Virus record (IMG/VR): IMGVR_UViG_3300030029_000205
Length of the DNA: 64,000 bases
From: a virus
Taxonomy: Duplodnaviria; Heunggongvirae; Uroviricota; Caudoviricetes
Strand: one strand, 5' to 3'
Under the pieces are notes generated by a model, which was not told where the DNA came from, ran no database searches, and worked only from the letters and a program-made list of their open reading frames with translations. Position numbers and translations under genes: made by a program. Of the stretch, positions 56,742-64,000 are shown piece by piece; position 1 is the first letter of the stretch; every line of letters starts with the position of its first letter.

Positions 56742-56921
56742 ATGTATGAGGTTGGCAGTTGGGTAATTGATACCAATATAAAAGAAGGAGTAACTATTGA
56801 AAAGGTTATAGATGATTGTTCCTCAGGTAATATTTATTTAGTATCTAAGGATGATGGCGATTGCTATCTTGTAAAAGAGGACAGGTTAATTAAATATGAT
56901 AAATATTATTTTGATAAATAA
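56742..56921 (+). CDS. small hypothetical protein (59 aa)
   Basis: ATG after AAAGGGGGTAAA. Promoter TTGTAG-N17-TAAAAT at 56683-56711. Translation MYEVGSWVIDTNIKEGVTIEKVIDDCSSGNIYLVSKDDGDCYLVKEDRLIKYDKYYFDK. Confidence 0.45.
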   Translation: MYEVGSWVIDTNIKEGVTIEKVIDDCSSGNIYLVSKDDGDCYLVKEDRLIKYDKYYFDK

Positions 56922-56933
56922 GGAGGTAATATA

Positions 56934-58082
56934 GTGGAAAAGAGAGTAGTAATTGTAGATTTTAACCATCAGTTATTTACTTATTTTCATTCAAATCACA
57001 GACTTTCATGTAAAGTGGTGATAAATGGAGAGGTAGTTGAAAAAGATACTACTATTCAGAATGCTTGTATAAAGAACATACATAGATGGTCAAACGGAGG
57101 GGTATATCCTACAGCGGTATGTTTTGATAGGGGTGTTCCTGCAAGAAAGGCTTACTGGCAGAAAGAATTTCCTGAAATGTCAATAGGTTCAGGAAAAGAA
57201 TATAAGGGTAACAGGGAGAAAATGCCTGAAGCTATGTTTGAGGCAGGCTCAGATTGTGAGTCCTTGTTGAGAAGTGCAGGGGTATCTTGTTTTGCTCATA
57301 AAAATTATGAGGCTGATGATTTGATTTATGCTTGTGTTCAGCGAGCTAAAGAGAAATACCCAGGAATGCCTATTGATGTTGTAACAAATGATGCTGACTT
57401 GCTTGCTTTAGTAGATGATACTGTTTCAGTATTCATTAGAAGTAGAAAGTTAACTTGGGCAGAGAATGACGCTATTAAGAAGACTCATTATGTTCAAGTT
57501 ACTCCTCAAAACTTCCAGGAAGTTGTTGAAGATTTGTCAGCTTATAAAGGTTTTATGATTCCATATAATACCCTTTTACTTCATAAACTGTTAAGAGGTG
57601 ATAGTTCTGATAATTTCTTGAGGAAAGAAATCAGCAGAATGTACCCTAAGTCAAAGTATAATAATATGATTTTGGCTATGGAAGCGGATGAGATTAACTT
57701 TGAAGAGGTATTCAGGTACAGTCCACCAAGGTATGAAATCTTTAATAAAGTAACTGGGAAGGTCTTTGACGGTACTCTTGAAGATGCCTTAAAATCTCCA
57801 GATAGAGCTAATCTGAAGAAAAGAATGAAGGATTCTGAAGAACTTGAGGCTATTTTATGGTGTCTCAAGAAGTATTCACCTATTTCTGATGAACAGCTTG
57901 AGGTAGTAAGAAAGGTATATATAGGTATGAACCTTAATCAGCCTTATCTGAACAGGGATACTAATTTGAACAGGTTGGAATACAAGGTGGGTAAGACAGA
58001 AAGTATTGATATCAATTCCTTTGATGAAATAGAATTACAGAAAGTTATTTCACCTTTAAAGATTATGTTAAATATTAAATAA
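56934..58082 (+). CDS. 5'-3' exonuclease / flap endonuclease (T4 RNase H / FEN family)
   Basis: GTG after AAGGAGGT. YEADDLIYACVQ and DVVTNDADLLALVDD are PIN/FEN catalytic motifs. N-terminal VVIVDFNHQLF. Confidence 0.8.
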   Translation: MEKRVVIVDFNHQLFTYFHSNHRLSCKVVINGEVVEKDTTIQNACIKNIHRWSNGGVYPTAVCFDRGVPARKAYWQKEFPEMSIGSGKEYKGNREKMPEAMFEAGSDCESLLRSAGVSCFAHKNYEADDLIYACVQRAKEKYPGMPIDVVTNDADLLALVDDTVSVFIRSRKLTWAENDAIKKTHYVQVTPQNFQEVVEDLSAYKGFMIPYNTLLLHKLLRGDSSDNFLRKEISRMYPKSKYNNMILAMEADEINFEEVFRYSPPRYEIFNKVTGKVFDGTLEDALKSPDRANLKKRMKDSEELEAILWCLKKYSPISDEQLEVVRKVYIGMNLNQPYLNRDTNLNRLEYKVGKTESIDINSFDEIELQKVISPLKIMLNIK

Positions 58083-58142
58083 AATGATTATACCCTATCT
58101 ACGATATAGATAGGGTACTTATATTTATAAGGAGTGTTTGTA

Positions 58143-59330
58143 GTGAGAACTAACTATAATGGTATCAATCAAAACGGTGATTACGATGTTAATTGGTTTA
58201 ATGATGAAGTTAAAGAGAACATAGAAGTTTCTAAAGAAAATGAAGATATTGTGGATGTAGAAAAGGCATTTATTCATGAGGGTTTAGTTAATGCTTATGT
58301 TGCTATGGATGAAGCTATGTTGGTAAAATCTGCTGAGGAAGAGAGTCTTAAAGAGGAAGTTGATAGTAAAAGTAACTACCAGGAAGGCTCACCTTTTGAG
58401 GGTGGTGAGGAGAGTAATTTCCAGGCAGAAGGTAGTAAAAAGAAAAAGATGTCAAAAGGGGCAATTATAGGTATTATTGTAGGAAGTGTAGCTTTAGTAG
58501 GTATAATAGTTACCTTAGTTATAATGTTTGTAATACTCCCTATGAGTAAGGGTAGTGGTAATTCTCAAGAAACTACTATTTCAGCAGGTGTTTTAGATGA
58601 CTTGCAGAGTAGAATAAATATGCTTTATACTGATAATTTAAAATCAGATATCAAAGATGGATACGCTGTAAGTGACTTAGATGCTTTTAGAAAGGAATTA
58701 AAGACCTTAAGTAATTCTACAGATGTATCTGATGTAGAAAAAGAATTGAATACTATTGAAGCCTATATGACTGATAGTAAAAAGATTAAAACTTATGCTA
58801 ATTTGTCTTTTAATATTGAGCCATCGTATGTAAGTGAAGATTGCACAAGTGTAATTCAGGGTTGTGAGACTTACACAGTAGCAGGTCTAAAGGCTACTAT
58901 ATCTAATCTTGCCCAAGGGATATTATCAGATAGAAATAGCTATATAGATATAAAGAAATCCTTATCTGCCGTATCTGATGCAAGTACCTTTAATGAAGGA
59001 AACTACCAGGAAAAGATTAACAGTATTAAACATGAAGTTAATAAAAAAGAATTACAGTCAATGTATGATAAGTTAATATCTGATAAAAATACTGCCTTAG
59101 CTAAGAAAAAGTTAAAAGATGCTAAAGATGAGGCTGAAAAGAAGTTAGCTCAAAGTGCTTTGACAGAGGCTCAAAATAAACAAAAGCAGGCAGAAGAAGA
59201 ATTAAGTAGTGTTAAAAAGCAGTTAGAAGACGCCTTAAAAACTCCTACTGAAGAACCTACTAAGGAAGTTAGTGTAGTTCCTACAGATAGTGTACCTACA
59301 GTAGAAGAAAATACAGAAGGAGGTAATTGA
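58143..59330 (+). CDS. single-pass membrane protein with acidic N-terminus and C-terminal coiled coil
   Basis: GTG 58143, 8 nt after GGAG. TM IIGIIVGSVALVGIIVTLVIMFVILP. C-terminus KKLKDAKDEAEKKLAQSALTEAQNKQKQAEEEL. Confidence 0.7.
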   Translation: MRTNYNGINQNGDYDVNWFNDEVKENIEVSKENEDIVDVEKAFIHEGLVNAYVAMDEAMLVKSAEEESLKEEVDSKSNYQEGSPFEGGEESNFQAEGSKKKKMSKGAIIGIIVGSVALVGIIVTLVIMFVILPMSKGSGNSQETTISAGVLDDLQSRINMLYTDNLKSDIKDGYAVSDLDAFRKELKTLSNSTDVSDVEKELNTIEAYMTDSKKIKTYANLSFNIEPSYVSEDCTSVIQGCETYTVAGLKATISNLAQGILSDRNSYIDIKKSLSAVSDASTFNEGNYQEKINSIKHEVNKKELQSMYDKLISDKNTALAKKKLKDAKDEAEKKLAQSALTEAQNKQKQAEEELSSVKKQLEDALKTPTEEPTKEVSVVPTDSVPTVEENTEGGN

Positions 59331-59331
59331 T

Positions 59332-60147
59332 ATGCATAGTTTAGAAGACTTATTCATTCGAGAATTTCGTGACGAAGTATCAAATAAGGTGGGGTATAAG
59401 GATGTTTATAAAATGCCTTTACCTGAAGAATGTTCCTCTTGGAAAATAAGTGGTACAGATTTGTTTGCCGTAAAGAATGTTGATAAAGAGTATTACAATT
59501 CTTTAGAAAAAACAATAGTAAGAAAAGTACCATCTGGTTACGAAGTTAAAAGAAGAGTTATCGATAAGGTTACTCGAGGTTTTAAAAAGGATGAAGATGG
59601 TTCATATGTATATGAAAACTATTCAATACCTAATGGCAGTATGGCAGTGATATCAGATAAAAAGATTGATTTGCCTTATAAAGAGTATAAATACCCATCA
59701 AAAGATGGTTACGGGTATGTTGATTTTATTGATAAGAATGGTAGTGTTGAGTACATATATGTACTTCCAAAAACGGTACTGTATAAGATAAATCAAACAG
59801 CATTAGTTTTATCTGTAAAGAATATGAAAAACTATTGGGGCAGAGGAATAATGACTTGGGTAATGGGTACAGTATTTTTACATATAGTACCTTATAAACC
59901 TAATAGTCAGTATATTGGTTCTAAGATACTTAAAACAGGCTATACTTTAGATTATAGTACAGAAATAGGTAAATTACTGACTTACTGGCAGGAAATAGGT
60001 GTAATACCTAATATAACTTTAACCACTTTAAGTGATGGTACTAATTTGGCTTTAAAAGATACTGTAGTAGGTTATGAAAGTTATATACCTGTAGATAGTA
60101 TGGCTTATGGCGATAAAGAAGTTTATGGTGGTGATATAGTAGAATGA
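59332..60147 (+). CDS. hypothetical protein
   Basis: ATG overlapping the previous stop (TGATATG). Confidence 0.7.
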   Translation: MHSLEDLFIREFRDEVSNKVGYKDVYKMPLPEECSSWKISGTDLFAVKNVDKEYYNSLEKTIVRKVPSGYEVKRRVIDKVTRGFKKDEDGSYVYENYSIPNGSMAVISDKKIDLPYKEYKYPSKDGYGYVDFIDKNGSVEYIYVLPKTVLYKINQTALVLSVKNMKNYWGRGIMTWVMGTVFLHIVPYKPNSQYIGSKILKTGYTLDYSTEIGKLLTYWQEIGVIPNITLTTLSDGTNLALKDTVVGYESYIPVDSMAYGDKEVYGGDIVE

Positions 60148-60539
60148 GTAATACTTATTTTATTTGTAAAGGGAATTACTACTATATAGCAGATAGAATA
60201 TCAGGGGAAGGGTTCTCATTCTCTAATTTCGGTAGAAGTATAGAGAAGATACCAGCTGATTATGCTTTATCTTTAGGGGGTAATGTTGAAAAGGCTGATG
60301 TTATCAGTATTTTATATGATGTTAACAGTGATATATGTGAGTTGTACTTAAATGGCAGTAAAAAACTGATAAAAAAGAAAGGTATATCAGCTTTTGCAAC
60401 ATTGAAGAATCATGTTAAGTTGTTAACATATATACCATTTAGGGTAATAAGGGATGATTGTCAGGGACTAAATCAGTTATTACTGCCTGTAGAAGAAGGC
60501 AGTATAAATTTTAATGAAGTTTTACAATTAATAAATTAG
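60144..60539 (+). CDS. hypothetical protein
   Basis: Overlapping ATGA junction. Confidence 0.65.
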   Translation: MSNTYFICKGNYYYIADRISGEGFSFSNFGRSIEKIPADYALSLGGNVEKADVISILYDVNSDICELYLNGSKKLIKKKGISAFATLKNHVKLLTYIPFRVIRDDCQGLNQLLLPVEEGSINFNEVLQLIN

Positions 60540-60573
60540 ATTTAAGAATGTTTTTTAGTTTTGGTAGAAACTG

Positions 60574-60602
60574 TTGCATTTTTTCCTATTTTATGGTATA
60601 AT
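60574..60602 (+). promoter_or_regulatory. promoter TTGCAT-N17(…TGG)-TATAAT
   Basis: Hexamers and spacing. Upstream of gene 60634. Confidence 0.55.
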
Positions 60603-60633
60603 ATAAACAAATAAATCAATAGGGGGTAATTAA

Positions 60634-61914
60634 GTGTTATCCGAAGTTATATCTATGAATAGGAAAGCAAAGGTAAAATTAAAGCGTTTAATGGAGGTTA
60701 AGAAGTACTATCTTTCCCTGTATCGTTGCTATATGATGATGTTATATGATAAGGGTTATATAGATGATCCTACTGTTCTTAATAAAAACAAGTTACTTAA
60801 ACTTATTATTGAGATGAATGTAAATGATTTATATACATATTCGGGTAAGGTAGAGTTAGATTCAAGTCATTTCTTATTCGCTATAGCAAAGAATAGGGGT
60901 GATAAGGAGATTTTTGAACTTCTTTCTTTGTTATACAATGTATTTAAATATAGGGAATACTGTAAGACAATAGATAATATCTTTGAAGAATATTCCTTTA
61001 GAGAAAGAGACATCAATTTAGTTAAAACTTTGATGGTAGCTAAAGGAGCAAGGGTAGTACAGAGGTCAGGTATTCCCTTTAATACTGCTGTTGGTAGATG
61101 TATTTCTGAATTTATGACAGAAACAAAATCTATCAATATAAACGAATGTATTTGGTGCTTGGCTTTGAAAACACTTGGAGTACCTGAAGAAGATTGGTAT
61201 AAAGATGGTATTTTTGATGCTGAGTTATCTCATAAGGATGAGGTAGAGAATGCAAGGGGTATTTTAAACGGGTTTTATGTTGTAAGTGGCGGTAAGTATT
61301 TACCTTTACTGAAAGAGTGGCTTTTTAAACACAGATGGAATTATGAGTCTAAGTTTAAAATGGAATTATTAGGTTTGTATGATTATGTATTTAGTTCAGA
61401 TGTGTCTGAAATCTCTAAACACATAGATACGAAACTTGAAGGTTTAAAAGAGTATGATATTTTAGCTATCCAAGATGCTAAAATTTATTACAATGTACCA
61501 AGAAATACTTTTGATATGCCATTTGGCTGTTTTAGTGTAGTATGCAGTGGGTATGGAGAAGTATTATCAGATGAAAAAGAAAATATATACGGTTATACGG
61601 GAGAAGCTTACTCAGAAGATTACCTCATAGATGAAGATATTGATTTTGTAGGATGTCCAATAGAGGTACAGGGAAGGATTTGCTATGACCTTGAGCAAAC
61701 AAATATCACATATGATACTTGGTTTAAGTCTGAGGGTGCAAATTTCGAATTTGTGGGTAATGCTGATGGAAAGTATTTTAATGAAGTATATAAAAAATAT
61801 AAAGAGTCTCAATGTGATGCTAATAAGCTGGTAGCAACAATTGAAATTAAAGATGAAATTGATTTTAGCAAAGTCATTAAAGAGGCTCAAAGGTGTATAA
61901 TTACAGGGGGATGA
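60634..61914 (+). CDS. hypothetical protein
   Basis: GTG 6 nt after AGGGGGT. Promoter TTGCAT-N17-TATAAT at 60574-60602. Confidence 0.7.
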   Translation: MLSEVISMNRKAKVKLKRLMEVKKYYLSLYRCYMMMLYDKGYIDDPTVLNKNKLLKLIIEMNVNDLYTYSGKVELDSSHFLFAIAKNRGDKEIFELLSLLYNVFKYREYCKTIDNIFEEYSFRERDINLVKTLMVAKGARVVQRSGIPFNTAVGRCISEFMTETKSININECIWCLALKTLGVPEEDWYKDGIFDAELSHKDEVENARGILNGFYVVSGGKYLPLLKEWLFKHRWNYESKFKMELLGLYDYVFSSDVSEISKHIDTKLEGLKEYDILAIQDAKIYYNVPRNTFDMPFGCFSVVCSGYGEVLSDEKENIYGYTGEAYSEDYLIDEDIDFVGCPIEVQGRICYDLEQTNITYDTWFKSEGANFEFVGNADGKYFNEVYKKYKESQCDANKLVATIEIKDEIDFSKVIKEAQRCIITGG

Positions 61915-61918
61915 CATT

Positions 61919-62416
61919 ATGTTTATTGATTTAAAAGCAGATGACCAGGGTAATTTTGCTTTTGTTGAAAAATACAAACCATACAGATATACTCACGGTA
62001 GTATTAAACTGTTGATGCTTGTAGACGCAGGAGTAGGTATGGTAGAACCTGTTGTATTCAGGGGTAATAGTTTTATTCCAATTAGTCAAATAGAAGACGA
62101 AATGGGTATTGATAAGTATATAAAGGCAAAGAAGCCATTCTATTCTATGTTGGGTAATGGAAATCTTATTGTTAATATGAATGTAGCCTTTGATTTATCA
62201 ACAGGTGAGTTTCTTAAAGATAAAACCTATTATCAGGCTTATACTATTGTTAAAGATAGTTTAAGATTCAATAAGGGCAAGGATGTTTGGTCAGTGAATA
62301 CTCGAATGTTAAGGTCAAGTTCTCCAGAGCTTGATTCTTGGTTTGAGAAATTATCAGAAGGTATAGCAAAAACAGGTTTTGATAGGGAGAAGTTCTTAAA
62401 ATCAAGGATTAAATAA
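61919..62416 (+). CDS. hypothetical protein
   Basis: 165-aa ORF tightly coupled to the upstream gene. Confidence 0.65.
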   Translation: MFIDLKADDQGNFAFVEKYKPYRYTHGSIKLLMLVDAGVGMVEPVVFRGNSFIPISQIEDEMGIDKYIKAKKPFYSMLGNGNLIVNMNVAFDLSTGEFLKDKTYYQAYTIVKDSLRFNKGKDVWSVNTRMLRSSSPELDSWFEKLSEGIAKTGFDREKFLKSRIK

Positions 62417-62434
62417 GTAAGGTAGGTTGAAAAA

Positions 62435-63664
62435 ATGGGTAAAAGTTTAGTAGAACATATTGGGAAGTATGATTTACTTGGTGAGCAAACTCCATTCAGG
62501 TCAATTGTAGAACAGTTGGTAGTAAATATAGTAAAGAGTGGTAAGTGGTTTGGTTTCTGTACAAGGGTAGATGATAGTCAGGTTAATATTTTCGATTTGG
62601 TAGGAAATAAAGAAAAACTTGGTTCAATGCTTTATAAAGAAGTGATGTGCGATGACGGTTATCGTACATCATTATACAGATACTTACTTCAGGATTACTT
62701 ATGTTATTATGAGGCTCCAACTGTAATTAAGCAGAAGAATTACTCAGGATTTAAAGATTCTTATAATAAATATTTGATTACTTCAAATATTTGTGTAGTT
62801 GCAGAGTGGTTGGGTATCTCTGTAGAAGAGGCTGTACAAAAGTATGGTTCTCGCTTAGAGGGTAATTACTATGAGGATATGATGTGTCCTTATGTAAAGC
62901 TGACAGTAGCCAAGGACGGTACTAAAAAGGTTGTAAAACCAAGGTCAGATTTAAATCTTTCCTTAAAGGGTACTCGAATAATTCCTTTATTTGCTATTAA
63001 GAAGGGAATTGAGGTACTGTATGATATTTGTTCTAATGATTTTCACAATATCACCTTTGTAAAAGACTCAGGTCAGAAAAGAACGATTTGTGTATGTTTT
63101 GATTATGACAAGTTGGCATCAATATATAAAGATGCAGGTTTGCTATTATCAGCATATGAAGACCAGTTTAAAGGTGATATCTTAAATGCCAAAACTCTTA
63201 CCAGAGGGTATATAAGAGTTATTGAGGTCGGTACAAATATTAAAAATGAAGCTTTAAGAAGTATTAATCTTGCGAGAATTCTTTCAATAGAAAAGACGGA
63301 ACCCGATTTAACCTTTATAAATGTTAATTTAGATACTGTAAAGAATACTTTCTTATCTAAATTATCATCAAAAAAGGTAAATTATGCTGAACTCGTTGAT
63401 ATGCTTAACTTATTTGGTGTAGGAACAACAAGAATGCATAATGGGAAGGTAATTTCCTCTTATCCAGAGTTAGAAAGCTGGGTAGATTCTCAGGAAGTTC
63501 TTTTAAGTACCCCCTTTATAAAGCAACTTGCATTATTTATGATGGGTAATCCCCAGTGGTTTGATGGTTATACAGGTGAAGAGGTGGTTGCACCAGTTGT
63601 TGAAGAAACTACTGATGATACTTCTGATTTAGATGACCTTGAATTAGATTGGGATTTTGATTAA
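62435..63664 (+). CDS. hypothetical protein with acidic C-terminal tail
   Basis: RBS AAGGTAGG. C-terminus TDDTSDLDDLELDWDFD. Confidence 0.7.
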   Translation: MGKSLVEHIGKYDLLGEQTPFRSIVEQLVVNIVKSGKWFGFCTRVDDSQVNIFDLVGNKEKLGSMLYKEVMCDDGYRTSLYRYLLQDYLCYYEAPTVIKQKNYSGFKDSYNKYLITSNICVVAEWLGISVEEAVQKYGSRLEGNYYEDMMCPYVKLTVAKDGTKKVVKPRSDLNLSLKGTRIIPLFAIKKGIEVLYDICSNDFHNITFVKDSGQKRTICVCFDYDKLASIYKDAGLLLSAYEDQFKGDILNAKTLTRGYIRVIEVGTNIKNEALRSINLARILSIEKTEPDLTFINVNLDTVKNTFLSKLSSKKVNYAELVDMLNLFGVGTTRMHNGKVISSYPELESWVDSQEVLLSTPFIKQLALFMMGNPQWFDGYTGEEVVAPVVEETTDDTSDLDDLELDWDFD

Positions 63665-63682
63665 AGAAGGAGATAAATTAGT

Positions 63683-64000
63683 ATGGCTAAGGCAAAAACT
63701 CTTAGGGAGTTAAAGGACAACATTTCGGTTGTAAAAGCTACTCAGCTTGAGTTAAGAATGAATACAACTATTATTAATGGGTATTCAGAAGCAATTAAGA
63801 ATTATGTAATGAGTCAGGTTACCAGTAGATATGGTCATATTGGTATGCCTACATTACATTTTTTCCTTGATGCTTTTCCTGATGCAAAATCAAAGTATGA
63901 GAAACTGTATGTTTCTAAAATGGAAGGTCAGAAAGGGTATGAGCAGGTAGATGTAGATACTATGATTGCTCAGGGTTTTCTTTTTGACAGTCTTTGTTTT
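63683..64000 (+). CDS. hypothetical protein, 3'-truncated by window end
   Basis: ATG after AAGGAGATAAA. Open to the end of the window. Confidence 0.6.
   Translation, partial: MAKAKTLRELKDNISVVKATQLELRMNTTIINGYSEAIKNYVMSQVTSRYGHIGMPTLHFFLDAFPDAKSKYEKLYVSKMEGQKGYEQVDVDTMIAQGFLFDSLCF

Noticed and set aside
1-64000. Genome-wide stop-codon reassignment (as in some large gut phages)
   Set aside because: Nearly all genes, including the 1464-aa and 2044-aa ones, are intact in the standard code. Only one isolated in-frame TGA (54585) was found, reported separately.

Overview
The window is AT-rich (roughly one-third G+C by eye), densely coding, and every convincing gene is on the + strand. Gene content points to a large mobile element, most likely a jumbo phage or phage-plasmid of a low-GC Gram-positive host. 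No capsid or tail genes occur in these 64 kb, so a megaplasmid cannot be excluded. Recognisable functions cover replication, recombination and host takeover:
- an SF2 helicase split across two frames at motif II
- a UvrD-like SF1 helicase
- RNase H1 with an N-terminal hybrid-binding domain
- an HU-like protein
- a J-domain protein
- a DHH (RecJ/NrnA-like) phosphoesterase
- a T4-RNaseH/FEN-type 5'-3' exonuclease
- two sigma-70 region-4-like regulators
- an ArdC-like antirestriction protein
- a DNA amino-methyltransferase interrupted by an intein
There is also a tRNA/ncRNA operon (tRNA-Leu UAA, tRNA-Gly CCC and several atypical tRNA-like elements) preceded by tandemly duplicated promoters and an ORF-free ~740-nt region that looks like a structured RNA. 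Accessory modules stand out:
- an expanded family of tandem 'DIDVQFEDG' repeat proteins
- an actin-like (ParM/Alp-type) ATPase next to an SPFH membrane protein and long coiled-coil proteins
- an FHA / PP2C phosphatase / Hanks kinase triad followed by a 2044-aa Ig-repeat surface protein
- a 1464-aa acidic giant protein
Transcription signals are unusually regular: at least 12 sigma-A-type promoters of the form TTGyAn-N17(ending TGG)-TAAAAT, and many stem-loop/T-tract terminators, two of them identical in sequence. All functional calls are motif-based readings of the supplied translations. No database search was possible.
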